Part shown: positions 1 through 12,644 of the stretch, one piece after another | Position numbering within the stretch: position 1 is the first letter of the stretch | How the letters are laid out: the number at the start of each line of letters is the position of its first letter | Origin: Actinomycetales bacterium | Lineage (GTDB): Bacteria > Actinomycetota > Actinomycetes > Mycobacteriales > Micromonosporaceae | Assembly (NCBI GenBank): GCA_002919305.1 | Contig: PKFB01000015.1 | Location: 793-64,792 of the forward strand | Direction: 5' to 3' | Length of the DNA: 64,000 bases | Translations under genes and position numbers: made by a program | Notes under the pieces: generated by a model | What the model was told of the DNA's origin: nothing | Database searches by the model: none | Seen by the model: only the letters and a program-made list of their open reading frames with translations

Positions 1-771
1 CTCGGCGGCCAGGAAATCCACGAGCGCCACACCACCGGAGCCATCGTCGATGACCTTGACCCCGGCCTCACGGGGTGGGCGGGGAGCGGCGTGGAGGACC
101 TGACTGGTCGACGCGCTCAGCCCGACCTGATCCGGGGAGATCCCCAGGTCAGCCAATGACAGCGTGGTCACCGGCTTCTTCTTGGCGGCCATGATCAGCT
201 TGAAGGACGGGTAACGCGGCGTATTGATGGTGTCCCACACGCTCACGATCGCCGGCAAAGCGGCCTGCACCAGCTCATAACCGTCGTCGACCTGGCGCTC
301 CACCGTAATCTCCCCACCGGAGACGGTGATCTTCCGGGCTCCGGTGACCGCCGCAACGTCCAGACGCTCACTGAGCATGTGCGGCATCGCCTGTACTCGA
401 CCATCCGTGGACTCCGCGCCGCACAGCACCAAGTCCCACTCCAGGGTGCGCAACGCCGCCGCGAGCACTGCGGAGCTGGTGACGGCGCACGATCCGTGGA
501 TCGCCTCATCGACGATATGGACCGCCCTGTCGGGCCCCATCTGAAGCGCTTTGCGGACGGTCGATTCCAGCGCGTCGGCCGGCGCCATCGTCAGCACGGT
601 GACTTCTCCACCGTGCTCCTCAACCAGCTGCAACGCAGCCTCGATGGCGTGCTCATCGAGCTCATTCATGCGTTTGGTCGCCGCATCCCGGTCGACGGTG
701 AAGTCATCGGAGCGTAGCGAACGCTCCTCACCGGAGTCCGGCACCTGCTTCACAAGGACGACGATCTTCAT
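1..771 (-). CDS. etfB: Electron transfer flavoprotein beta subunit (EtfB/FixA); 3' end runs off the window
   Basis: Not in the supplied track because there is no stop inside the window. My translation of the minus strand from ATG 771-769 gives MKIVVLVKQVPDSGEERSLRSDDFTVDRDAATKRMNE..., a classic EtfB N-terminus. The frame stays open for 257 codons to base 1. Confidence 0.85.
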   Translation of the reverse strand, partial: MKIVVLVKQVPDSGEERSLRSDDFTVDRDAATKRMNELDEHAIEAALQLVEEHGGEVTVLTMAPADALESTVRKALQMGPDRAVHIVDEAIHGSCAVTSSAVLAAALRTLEWDLVLCGAESTDGRVQAMPHMLSERLDVAAVTGARKITVSGGEITVERQVDDGYELVQAALPAIVSVWDTINTPRYPSFKLIMAAKKKPVTTLSLADLGISPDQVGLSASTSQVLHAAPRPPREAGVKVIDDGSGGVALVDFLAAE

Positions 772-817
772 CGCTCCGGACGCCTCTCCTGCTCTCGCCT
801 CTGCACCACGAATGTTA

Positions 818-832
818 CTAGCTAGTAGCTAG
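818..832. promoter_or_regulatory. 15-bp palindrome CTAGCTA-G-TAGCTAG about 50 bp upstream of the etfB start; candidate operator
   Basis: Read directly from the sequence. It lies in a locally AT-richer stretch in the etfB promoter region. No cognate regulator identified. Confidence 0.3.
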
Positions 833-930
833 CACCCCAAGCCCATCGGATCTTCAGCCCACCCTGTCACATGACCAGGCTCGATCGTGTCGACTCGCTC
901 AGGCCGGTGTGCCTGCCCGCGTAGCCGCGC

Positions 931-971
931 CCACGTGATCGCACCCACGTGATCGCACCTACGTGACCGCG
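931..971. repeat. 14-bp tandem repeat, about 3 units (CCACGTGATCGCAC, CCACGTGATCGCAC, CTACGTGACCGCG)
   Basis: Two perfect units and one degenerate unit read directly. Each unit has a CACGTG-like palindromic core. Confidence 0.8.
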
Positions 972-1128
972 TCGTACAAGCGCTCCGTCACCTACCCGGC
1001 GCACCACCGTGCTCTCACCGCCGCGTTTCCTGCGACGGCACGGTGGTGAGTGCGGCAGCGCCTCCTGTCGACTGGGGCGGCATCGCCCGAAGGCGCCACG
1101 GAGCAGGCATGGAGCAGGAGTGACGTAT

Positions 1129-1172
1129 GTCCAGACCCAAGGCCGCCGGTGTCCAGACCCAAGGCCGCCGGC
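1129..1172. repeat. 22-bp tandem duplication (GTCCAGACCCAAGGCCGCCGG + T/C)
   Basis: Two adjacent copies, identical over 21 nt, read directly at 1129-1150 and 1151-1172. Confidence 0.85.
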
Positions 1173-1557
1173 CGTACGAGGTGCCAAACGCCGCCGTAGC
1201 GCCGCGCTCAACCAGCGACGCTCGGCTCAACCAGCCAAAACCGAGGCGTCCGACTCGTTCCGCAACGATTGGTGAGGATCAATACGTCGTGTGTTCAGTC
1301 CCAGCCGTAACGACGCTCATGTCCACGACCACGACTTGCCTCAGGCCTCCCTCCGCTCGCCGGGGTTCACGGGACCTCTGTACAGGCTGGAGATGAGCAT
1401 CTGAGGCTTTGGGCCTTTGTCCTCCACCGCGGTGGCCTTGCATAGCACGGGCCGGGCCTGAGGCGTTACGAGGACGGCGGTCGACACCCCGGCACCCCGC
1501 CATCCCCGTCTTGCTGACGTCGATCCCACTGGATACATCAAGCCATTGTGGACAGTT

Positions 1558-1645
1558 GGGGGAGACCAGTGCGGCACTGGTCTCCCCCGGTGTTGCTCCG
1601 CGGGTGGGGGTCAGCTCCGGAAAGCGGCGCAAACCCCCGGAGCTG
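1558..1645 (-). terminator. Two GC-rich hairpins immediately downstream of the cellulase stop codon
   Basis: CAGCTCCGG (1612-1620) pairs with CCGGAGCTG (1637-1645). GGGGGAGACCAGT (1558-1570) pairs with ACTGGTCTCCCCC (1576-1588) around a 5-nt loop. There is no clear U-tract, which is common in high-GC actinomycetes. Confidence 0.4.
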
Positions 1646-1648
1646 GAC

Positions 1649-4675
<3,027 letters not shown>

Positions 4676-4783
4676 TCACTTCGATTTCCGAGACAACTAG
4701 ACAGTTGACATAACAAGCGATTGACAAGCTACTTAACGCACCAGGTATCCGGCCTTGACACGGCAAGCTAGCCCAAGGCATCA

Positions 4784-4797
4784 TGGGAGCGCTCCCA
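4784..4797. promoter_or_regulatory. Second, distal CelR/CebR box TGGGAGCGCTCCCA
   Basis: Exact second copy of the 14-bp palindrome, 526 bp upstream of the cel9 ATG and about 510 bp upstream of the next plus-strand gene. Confidence 0.7.
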
Positions 4798-5307
4798 CAA
4801 CCGACTGGAGGGCAACTACCTGGACAAAGACCCACCCCAACCGACCCGCGCAGTGACCGATGAACGCACGCCATACGTACCTTGCGGCCCCCTCACACCC
4901 CCTGCGGGCCATGGCGCCGAATAATTTTCGTCCGCCATTCTCGGCTGCGTTCCCGCTATTTCATCTCACCCATTTCTAAATATCGCGCGGCTTCTGTGAG
5001 ACAGCCTGACCGAATGGGGTGCTATTCCGACCAGGATGGTCGGTTGTGGGAGCTCACAATCACCCGGCTCTCAAACGTGGAGCGGCCGGTGGGTGTTTAA
5101 TCCCCCGCCGGTCGCTCCGTTCCACTTCCCCTCACGCCACCACCCCATCGCCCCGCTCCCAGACGCCGCTCACGGTTCTTGGCTCACCCTCACCCGTTCG
5201 CCGTCGCCCCACCTTCTACCCAGGCAGTCACCCCTTGTTGAGCCGGAGCCGCCGTTTGGCTTCCTGATCAGCCTTGTGGAACGTGCCGGTGGCACTACCA
5301 TGCCTTC

Positions 5308-6048
5308 ATGCTGATCAAGGCGTGCCTGAACGGAGCGCGCGGTGCCGACGCCCACGCTCGTCTCCCGGTCACGCCTGAAGCCCTCGCTACCGATGCGGCG
5401 GCATGCGCGGCGGTCGGCGCAGGCGCCTTCCATATCCACCCCCGAAACGCCGAGGGCCGAGAGTCCCTGCACCCCGATGACGTAGGCGCCGCGGTACGCG
5501 CGGTCCGCTCGGCCTGCCCCGAGCTGCCGGTCGGTGTGACCACCGGCGCCTGGATCGAACCTGACCCCCACCGGCGTACCGCTCTCATCCGGTCCTGGTC
5601 GGATCTCCCCGCCTCCGATCAGCCGGATTTCGCGTCGGTCAATGTGTCCGAGGCCGGCTGGAAACAGGTGGCCACCACCCTGCTGGATATCGGGATCGGG
5701 GTGGAGCCGGGCATCTGGTTCGCTGATGACCCGCCTCGGTTGGCGGCCAGCGGCCTGGCGCCTCTGTGTACCCGGATCCTGGTCGAGCCCCTCTCCTCAG
5801 ACCCCGCCGCCGCGATCGGCACCGTCGAGACCTTGCTGGCGGCCCTGTCCCCCTTGGCCGGTGAGGTCCCGCTGCTGGTCCACGGGCAGGACGCCGCCGC
5901 CTGGCCTGTTTTGGAGTGGGCGCTCGACAACGATCTGGACACCAGGATCGGCCTGGAGGACACCCTCGAACTTCCCGATGGCCTGATCGCCCCGGACAAC
6001 GCGGCCCTTGTCGCGGCCGCGTTCGCCTATCTGACGGAACGCCACTGA
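5308..6048 (+). CDS. 3-keto-5-aminohexanoate cleavage enzyme family protein (BKACE / DUF849)
   Basis: Track ORF. N-terminus MLIKACLNGARG...VTPEALATDAAACAAVGAGAFHIHPRN is typical of the DUF849 TIM-barrel family. Confidence 0.75.
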   Translation: MLIKACLNGARGADAHARLPVTPEALATDAAACAAVGAGAFHIHPRNAEGRESLHPDDVGAAVRAVRSACPELPVGVTTGAWIEPDPHRRTALIRSWSDLPASDQPDFASVNVSEAGWKQVATTLLDIGIGVEPGIWFADDPPRLAASGLAPLCTRILVEPLSSDPAAAIGTVETLLAALSPLAGEVPLLVHGQDAAAWPVLEWALDNDLDTRIGLEDTLELPDGLIAPDNAALVAAAFAYLTERH

Positions 6049-6101
6049 AGGACGAACCCTCCCCAGCGGTCTCTGACACAGCGCGTAAGACAAGGCATGA
6101 T

Positions 6102-6554
6102 ATGAAGGTGGCCCGCGCCTTCATGTTCGTGTTCCTGCTCAATATCGCCCTGATGGCTATCGCCTTGGTGGACTGCCTCGGGCGAGACGAGCCGCCGCGC
6201 CGGCTTCCTCGACCGCTGTGGACCGTGATCATCCTGGCGGTGTTTCTGGCAGGACCGATCGCCTGGTTCGTGGCTGGCCGTCCCCGGCCCGGTTTGGCTG
6301 CCCCTCACGCTCCGCGTCCGATAGCACCCGATGACGACCCGGAGTTCCTGGCCAGCCTGGACCGGATGCGGCTCCGTGGTGCTGGTGGTCTGTCCCCACA
6401 GCCGGAGCCGCGGCAGCGACGGTCTGATTCCACTAAGAACTCCGCGCGGGAAGACAATCATCCGCGCCGTGAATCCGGGGCCGATGGTTCATCGCCTCGG
6501 AACTCCGCCCGGGAAGGAGCGGAGCATCCTCCGGACGACGGCCCTGAGGCGTAG
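6102..6554 (+). CDS. Small membrane protein with a PLD-nuclease N-terminal (PLDc_N)-like domain and a disordered tail
   Basis: Internal ATG of track ORF 5916..6554. MKVARAFMFVFLLNIALMAIALVDCL...PLWTVIILAVFLAGPIAWFVAGRPRP gives two TM helices. The tail has two NSARE-containing repeats. Confidence 0.55.
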   Translation: MKVARAFMFVFLLNIALMAIALVDCLGRDEPPRRLPRPLWTVIILAVFLAGPIAWFVAGRPRPGLAAPHAPRPIAPDDDPEFLASLDRMRLRGAGGLSPQPEPRQRRSDSTKNSAREDNHPRRESGADGSSPRNSAREGAEHPPDDGPEA

Positions 6555-6605
6555 CCAGATCCCAGCCGCTCACGGCCACACCGACATACGGTTCAATAAC
6601 GCGCG

Positions 6606-7886
6606 ATGCGCGTGTTGATGTTGTCGTGGGAGTATCCCCCTGTCCTGGTTGGCGGGCTGGGACGGCATGTTCATGCTCTGGCTACCTCGCTGGCCGCCGC
6701 TGGCCACGACGTCACCGTGGTGACTCGGTACGGTGACGGAGCCGCTCTGGACGAGCGGGTCGAGGGGGTACGCGTGGTGCGTGCTCCAGAGGATCCGCCG
6801 TTGTTCCCGCTCACCAACCACACTTTGCTGGCGTGGACGATGGCCTTCAACCACGCCCTCACCCGGGCGGCGCTGGCGGTCACCGTGGACACCCCCGTCG
6901 ACGTGGTTCACGCCCATGACTGGCTCGTCACCCACGCGGCGGTCACCCTTAAACACCATCTGGGCGCTCCGTTGGTGGCCACCGTGCACGCCACCGAGGC
7001 AGGCCGGCATCAGGGCTGGTTACCCAACGACACCAACCGCTGTATCCATTCGGTGGAGTGGTGGCTGACTTACGAAGCGCGCCGTGTCCTGGTCTGCTCT
7101 GACCACATGCGATGGGAGGTCTCCCGCCTGTTCGACCTGCCCGGCGGCAAGGTGGAGGTGATCCCCAACGGAGTGGACATCCAGGCCTGGCAGGCCCCCT
7201 CGTCCGCGATCGCTCGGGTACGGCAGCAGTACGCCGGTTCCGGCCCGCTCCTGGTCTATGCCGGTCGCCTGGTTTACGAAAAGGGAGTCCAAGACCTGAT
7301 CGCCGCGTTGCCGCGGCTACGCCGTCGGCATCCTGGGCTCCGGCTGGTAGTGGCCGGGGAGGGGCCGCACGGTGATGCGCTCCGGGACGAGGTGAAACGC
7401 CGTCGTCTGCAGCGCTGCGTCACCTTCACCGGCTTCCTCTCCCAAGACCAGCTGCCGCCCCTCCTTGGCGCGGCCGACTGCGTCGTGGTTCCCAGCCTCT
7501 ATGAGCCTTTCGGCATGATCGCGCTGGAGGCTGGAGCCGCCGGCACGCCCGTGGTCGCTGCCGCCTCCGGTGGGCTCGCTAAGCTCATCGAGCCGGGCGT
7601 GACCGGCATGACTTTCCCCGCTGGGGATCAGGACCGGTTGGTTGAAGCGGTCAGCTCTGTCCTCAGCGACGAGATACTGGCCCGGCGCCTGGCGCGACGG
7701 GCGCGGGAAGTCGCCGCTGCGCGCTATGGATGGCCCTCGATCGCGGAACGAACCGTGGCCGCATACCAGCGCGCGCTCCGTGACGAGCAGGTGCTGCAGG
7801 AACGCCTCGCCGCGGGTGCGGCTCCCACCGTCATGCCCCGGATCGTGGTTCCCGAGGGGAATCTGCTCGCGCAGGATGCCACCTAG
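6606..7886 (+). CDS. GT4 glycogen-synthase-like alpha-1,4-glucosyltransferase (M. tuberculosis Rv3032-like)
   Basis: MRVLMLSWEYPPVLVGGLGRHVHALATSLAAAGHDVTVVTR is a glycos_transf_4 N-terminus. The C-terminal GT1 motif reads VVPSLYEPFGMIALEAGAAGTPVVAAASGGL. Confidence 0.85.
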   Translation: MRVLMLSWEYPPVLVGGLGRHVHALATSLAAAGHDVTVVTRYGDGAALDERVEGVRVVRAPEDPPLFPLTNHTLLAWTMAFNHALTRAALAVTVDTPVDVVHAHDWLVTHAAVTLKHHLGAPLVATVHATEAGRHQGWLPNDTNRCIHSVEWWLTYEARRVLVCSDHMRWEVSRLFDLPGGKVEVIPNGVDIQAWQAPSSAIARVRQQYAGSGPLLVYAGRLVYEKGVQDLIAALPRLRRRHPGLRLVVAGEGPHGDALRDEVKRRRLQRCVTFTGFLSQDQLPPLLGAADCVVVPSLYEPFGMIALEAGAAGTPVVAAASGGLAKLIEPGVTGMTFPAGDQDRLVEAVSSVLSDEILARRLARRAREVAAARYGWPSIAERTVAAYQRALRDEQVLQERLAAGAAPTVMPRIVVPEGNLLAQDAT

Positions 7887-8055
7887 CCCCAACGCCCGCA
7901 GTCGCTGACCGTCGCCCGACGGCACACCCCGGGTACGGCTCAGTCTGCCGTCAGGTCCCCGAAGCACGCTCCACACAGCGCCTGTGATCGCGGCCAGGGT
8001 TGCCTGCTCCGTTGCGCCGTCTCGGTTCGGATCGCCACTCCGTGCGTTCCCGCCC

Positions 8056-9339
8056 TTACAGGGTTTTGCCCTCGACAGTGGTAGCGGGCTCAGATCGGGG
8101 TGCGGGTTTCGTCTTAAGAGGATTGTGCGGGGGCACAGGCTCCGAAGCCCGGTCGGATCCGGCCGGCAGCCACAGGACAAATGTGCTACCGACCCCCAGC
8201 TGAGAAAACAGACGCACCTGGCCGCCATGGGATTCGGCGATCTGTCTCACGATGGCCAACCCCAGACCGGTGTGGCGCTCTGTTGAGTCGTGTTGGTGGC
8301 GCCCGCGCCAGAACCGATCAAACACCCGCGGCTGATCCTCATCGGCGATTCCAGGCCCGGCGTCGGCGACGGCCAACCACAACCACCCCTTCTCGCGCCC
8401 CGCTCCAATGACGATCTCACTGCCGGTGGGGGCTACCCGTAGGGCGTTAGACAGGAGGTTGCCCACAGCTCGACGGAGCGCGTCGGGGTCGGCGATCAGG
8501 GTCAGACCGGAACTGGTGGCGTAACGCAGCGAGATCCCACGCGTCTGCGCCAACTGCGCGAACTCCTCGCCGGCCTGCGCAGCCACCTCCGCCAGGTCCA
8601 CATCGGTGTCGGTGAAGGCCGACGCTGAACGACGGGCGGTGGCCAGCAGATCCTCCACCAGCCGCGTCATCCGACTCGTCGCCCGGTCGACGACCGCCAC
8701 CGCTCGTCGTCGGTCCTCCTCGCTGGCTTGAGGATCGGACAGCACCGCGTCCAGATTGGCCCGGATGATGGCCAACGGGGTACGCAGTTCATGCGACACG
8801 TCATCGATGAGTTGGCGTTGAGCGCGAAACGCGGCGTCGAGGCGATCGAGCATCGAATCGATGGTGTCGGCCAGGTATCGCAGCTCATCGTTAGGGCCAC
8901 GCAGCGCTATCCGGCGTGATAGATCAGTCGCCTGAATCTCCGCCGCGGCGCGGGCGATCCTGCGTACTGGCCGTAACGCCCGCCCCGACACCACCCATCC
9001 GATAGCTAGGCTCGCCAGGAACAATCCACCGAGGGTCGATAACGAATAGTTACGCAGAGCACGGAGCGTTTTGTATTTGACAACCGTCTCAATCGAGTCA
9101 ACCTCCACCACCTCGCTGGTCCCCAGATAGATTTTCCTGCCGTCCTCGGTGACGAAACGTATAACCGGATAGCTCTGGACCGATTCAGTGTCGATCTCCC
9201 GGGAGACCAGAAGATACGTCACTAGTAGCACGACGGCTGCCAATGTAAACAGCACGGTGGAGTACAGTACGGTAAGTCTGAACCGGATCGAGTGTAGTGG
9301 GGAGTGGTAACCTGACCGCGACCTGAGGCGTTCGATCAC
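8056..9339 (-). CDS. Sensor histidine kinase (2 TM, HAMP, HisKA, HATPase_c)
   Basis: H-box DVSHELRTPLAIIRANLD, N-box LLSNALRVAP, G-boxes DAGPGI and GLGLAIVRQIAESHGG. GTGA overlap with the upstream response-regulator gene. Confidence 0.85.
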   Translation of the reverse strand: MIERLRSRSGYHSPLHSIRFRLTVLYSTVLFTLAAVVLLVTYLLVSREIDTESVQSYPVIRFVTEDGRKIYLGTSEVVEVDSIETVVKYKTLRALRNYSLSTLGGLFLASLAIGWVVSGRALRPVRRIARAAAEIQATDLSRRIALRGPNDELRYLADTIDSMLDRLDAAFRAQRQLIDDVSHELRTPLAIIRANLDAVLSDPQASEEDRRRAVAVVDRATSRMTRLVEDLLATARRSASAFTDTDVDLAEVAAQAGEEFAQLAQTRGISLRYATSSGLTLIADPDALRRAVGNLLSNALRVAPTGSEIVIGAGREKGWLWLAVADAGPGIADEDQPRVFDRFWRGRHQHDSTERHTGLGLAIVRQIAESHGGQVRLFSQLGVGSTFVLWLPAGSDRASEPVPPHNPLKTKPAPRSEPATTVEGKTL

Positions 9340-10028
9340 GGGTTCTCCTTGAGGCGGTAACCCTTGCCGATCACCGTCTCGATCAGAGGAGGCTCGCCGT
9401 GTGCGGTGAGTTTACGGCGCAGGGTGCCGACCGTTACGCGGACGGTATGGGTGAACGGATCGGTGTTCTCGTCCCAGACATGCTCCAGCAATTCCTCACT
9501 GGAGACCACATACCCAGGCCGCGTCATGAGGTATTCCAGGACCCCGAACTCCTTCCGGGTCAGCGTCAACTCCCGCTGTCCCCGACGAGCGAGATGACGC
9601 GCCGTATCTAAAGTGAGGTCGCCGACCGACAGAATCGCGCCCCCGCCCCGTCCTTCCCGACGGAGCAAGGCGCGTACTCGGGCCAGTAACTCTGCCAACG
9701 CGAAGGGTTTGACCAGATAGTCGTCGGCTCCCAGGTCCAGGCCCTGTACCCGGTCGCCGAGGCTACCCCGCGCGGTGAGCATGAGGATGCGTAGTTGAGG
9801 GCCGGCGGCGGCTCTCAACTCGCCGCTGCGGATGGCTTCGCACAGTTCGAAACCATCCCCATCGGGAAGGTTGAGATCCAGTATCAGCAGGTCGTAGTCG
9901 TTAATGAGTAACCGTTCCCGGGCTTGTGCGGCGTTCAACGCCACATCAACGGCGTATCCCGCGCGGACCAACCCCGCTCGGAGGGCGCCTACCAAATCTT
10001 CCTCATCATCGACGACCAGCAGCCTCAT
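9336..10028 (-). CDS. OmpR/PhoB-family response regulator
   Basis: Receiver domain: MRLLVVDDEEDL...DLLILDLNLPDGDGF...LTARG. Winged-helix output: LTRKEFGVLEYLM...VGKGYRL. Confidence 0.9.
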   Translation of the reverse strand: MRLLVVDDEEDLVGALRAGLVRAGYAVDVALNAAQARERLLINDYDLLILDLNLPDGDGFELCEAIRSGELRAAAGPQLRILMLTARGSLGDRVQGLDLGADDYLVKPFALAELLARVRALLRREGRGGGAILSVGDLTLDTARHLARRGQRELTLTRKEFGVLEYLMTRPGYVVSSEELLEHVWDENTDPFTHTVRVTVGTLRRKLTAHGEPPLIETVIGKGYRLKENP

Positions 10029-10266
10029 ACCCCATATCCTGACTCGTCTGATACCCGGTCCCCTTCAAGGAAAACAATCTATGGCGGAAAGCGTATGACA
10101 CAGGTCACTTCCGCACTCTTTACTCTGTTGAAGTGGCCGGACATCATCTTCTGAAATCCGAACAGCGAACGAAGCCAGGGTAAATTCCACAATCTGGCCA
10201 GATCGGAATTCAGATCATATCACAATGATCTACAGTTGACGGCTTCTTCGTCAGGAACTGAACCGG

Positions 10267-11913
10267 TCAGGCTAGTGTCGCCTTCCTGGGGTAAGCATCG
10301 GCCGGGTCGGTGAGTACGTTCACCAGATAGGGGACACCAGAGTTGAACGCTCGTGCCAGCGCCGGCCCCAAATCAGCGGGCTTACGTACCGTCTCTCCCG
10401 CGCCTCCCAGAGCGCGGACTACGTCGTCATACCGCAGCTCGGGTTGGAGATCCGCCGCGACATCGTAGCCGTAAAGCTGTCGCATAGGATGCTTTTCCAG
10501 ACCCCAGATCCCGTTGTTGCCGACCACCATCACCACCGGCAGCTTCTGCCGCACCAGAGATTCAACATCCATCAAAGAGAAACCGGCCGCCCCATCACCT
10601 AGGAGCAGGCAGACCTGCCGGTCCGGATAGGTCACGCGGGCCCCCATCGCGTACCCCAACCCGGTGCCCAGGCAACCGTACGGGCCAGGGTCCAGCCAGC
10701 ATCCCGGCATACCCGGTTCCAGATACTTGCCGGCGTAGGAGACGAAGTCACCGCCGTCACCGATGATGACCGCATCCGGATCCAAGATCCGCCGTAGCTC
10801 TCCGTACACCCGGCTCGGCAGGATCGGTTCCGCGTCGGCCTGCAACGCGGCCTGTTCCGCCTCCCTGGCGGCGTTCTCCGCGTTTCGCAGCTCCTCGATC
10901 CAGGTTTCGTGGTCGGCACGCACTCCGCTGTAGGAAGCCAGATACTCCAAAGCCACCCGCAGATCACCAGCCGGTGACACGGTGGGTGTCACATGTGACG
11001 CACGTTGCGAAGGCGCGTCCACGATGTGGACCACCTGGGCGCTGCCGAAGTTCCCGAAGTTGAGCCGGAAATCCAGCGGCGTACCGATCACCACGACCGC
11101 GTCCGCCCCAGACAGAGCGGCCCGGCGGCTCCGGGAAAAAGCCAGCGGATGCTCAGGAGGCAACGCTCCCCGTCCCATCCCGTTGGTGTAGACGGGGACG
11201 CGCAGCGCCTCGGCGCACTCCCGCAACGCCCCGATCGCGCCCTGACTGTAGGTGTCCGACCCCGCCAGGATGACCGGGCGTTCGGCACGGGCGATCAGGG
11301 AGGCGGCGCGGGCCAAGTCCTCAGGATCGGGCACCACGGCCGGTGGCGGGGCGAGCGGGGGGAGCTCGGCCTGAGCCGAGGAGTAGATCACATCCAAGGG
11401 AATGTCGAGGAAAACCGGGCCACGGTGCGCGGTGAGCGCCTCTGTGACCGCCCGTCGTACCTCGACGGGGATGCGGTCCGTGGCGGTCACGGTCGCGGCG
11501 TACTTGGTGACGGGGGCCACGAGCGGAATATGGTCAATCTCCTGCAAATTTCCTGCTCCCCAACGCCACTGCGGCGCCCGCCCGGCGAGCACGACGACGG
11601 GTGCTCCGTTGAAGGAGGCGGTGGTGAGCGCGGAGACGCTGTTGGTCACTCCTGGCCCTGCGGTCACCACAGCCAAACCGGGACGGCGTTGAAGTCTGGC
11701 GACGGCCTCAGCGGCGAAGACCGCGGTCTGTTCATGCCGAACGTCGAGGATCCGCACGCCCTGGCGGCGGGCCGCGTCATAGAGCGGGAAAACATGTCCT
11801 CCGGAGAGGGTGAACATCTCGGTTACCCCGTGCCCACGCAACGCCGCGAGCGCCAGGTCTCCCCCGTGCCCCTCGATCTGCTCCGTCCCAGAATCCGTGG
11901 CGTGCTCCCTCAT
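10267..11913 (-). CDS. Thiamine-pyrophosphate enzyme, acetolactate synthase large-subunit-like
   Basis: 548 aa. The N-terminal TPP_enzyme_N reads GVTEMFTLSGGHVFPLYDA...VTAGPGVTNSVSAL. The C-terminal TPP-binding motif reads LLGDGAAGFSLMD...VVGNNG. Confidence 0.85.
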   Translation of the reverse strand: MREHATDSGTEQIEGHGGDLALAALRGHGVTEMFTLSGGHVFPLYDAARRQGVRILDVRHEQTAVFAAEAVARLQRRPGLAVVTAGPGVTNSVSALTTASFNGAPVVVLAGRAPQWRWGAGNLQEIDHIPLVAPVTKYAATVTATDRIPVEVRRAVTEALTAHRGPVFLDIPLDVIYSSAQAELPPLAPPPAVVPDPEDLARAASLIARAERPVILAGSDTYSQGAIGALRECAEALRVPVYTNGMGRGALPPEHPLAFSRSRRAALSGADAVVVIGTPLDFRLNFGNFGSAQVVHIVDAPSQRASHVTPTVSPAGDLRVALEYLASYSGVRADHETWIEELRNAENAAREAEQAALQADAEPILPSRVYGELRRILDPDAVIIGDGGDFVSYAGKYLEPGMPGCWLDPGPYGCLGTGLGYAMGARVTYPDRQVCLLLGDGAAGFSLMDVESLVRQKLPVVMVVGNNGIWGLEKHPMRQLYGYDVAADLQPELRYDDVVRALGGAGETVRKPADLGPALARAFNSGVPYLVNVLTDPADAYPRKATLA

Positions 11914-11924
11914 GCGTCGTGACG

Positions 11925-12635
11925 TTACCGCGAAACCGGCGCCACGCCAGACTCTCCACGGTGGACAAGAGAAAACGGCTCCGTTTCCGGTTCGGATACC
12001 GGCTGCGGCGCCTCCGAAGGCCGACGGCTCCGCAGCGGCCGCGCCGGCACGCCACCGGCCACCGTGTACTCCGGCAGGTCCCGAGTGACCACCGCTCCGG
12101 CGCCCACGACGCTGCCCCGCCCGATCCGCACCCCCCGGGTGACGACCACCTTGGTACCCAACCAGCAGTCAGGCCCGATCCGGACCGGACTTTTCACGAT
12201 GCCCTGGTCCTTCATGGGGATCTCAAGGTCCGTGGTCACATGATCAAAGTCGACGATGTAGACGTCGTCAGCGATCATGCAGGCCGCACCGATCTCCACA
12301 TCCAGATAGGCGTTGATGGTGACATCGGACGCCAGCACACACTTGTCCCCCACCCGCAGCGTCCCTTCATGTGCGCGCAGCGCGGTGCCGTCCCCTATGT
12401 GGGTCCACTTGCCCAGAATCAGCCGGCCGTATCCCCGGCGGGCGGTCAACTCCACCCTCTTGCCCAGGAACACCATCCCCTCGGTGACGATGTGGGGCTT
12501 GGTTAACCGGAGCCAGAACAAACGCCAGTACCGGATCAGATACCAGGGGGTGTACGCGCGGTGGCGCAACACCCACCGCACCGACGCCCACGTCAGGTAC
12601 CTGGCTTGCCGAGGATCACGCCGCCGAAACCACAT
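11925..12635 (-). CDS. Left-handed beta-helix (hexapeptide-repeat) acyl/acetyltransferase
   Basis: Hexapeptide repeats: IGDGTALRA, VGDKCVLASDVTI, IGAACMIADDVYI, IGPDCWLGTKVVV, IGRGSVVGAGAVV. Confidence 0.75.
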   Translation of the reverse strand: MWFRRRDPRQARYLTWASVRWVLRHRAYTPWYLIRYWRLFWLRLTKPHIVTEGMVFLGKRVELTARRGYGRLILGKWTHIGDGTALRAHEGTLRVGDKCVLASDVTINAYLDVEIGAACMIADDVYIVDFDHVTTDLEIPMKDQGIVKSPVRIGPDCWLGTKVVVTRGVRIGRGSVVGAGAVVTRDLPEYTVAGGVPARPLRSRRPSEAPQPVSEPETEPFSLVHRGESGVAPVSR

Positions 12636-12644
12636 ATCTGGAGG

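Noticed and set aside
10029-10266. The AT-richer intergenic region between the TPP enzyme gene and the response regulator, with an AGATCAT-ATCACA-ATGATCT hairpin and repeated GGAATTC/GAAATCC words.
   Set aside because: It is consistent with an ordinary weak terminator plus the promoter of the two-component operon. Nothing beyond that can be supported from the sequence alone.
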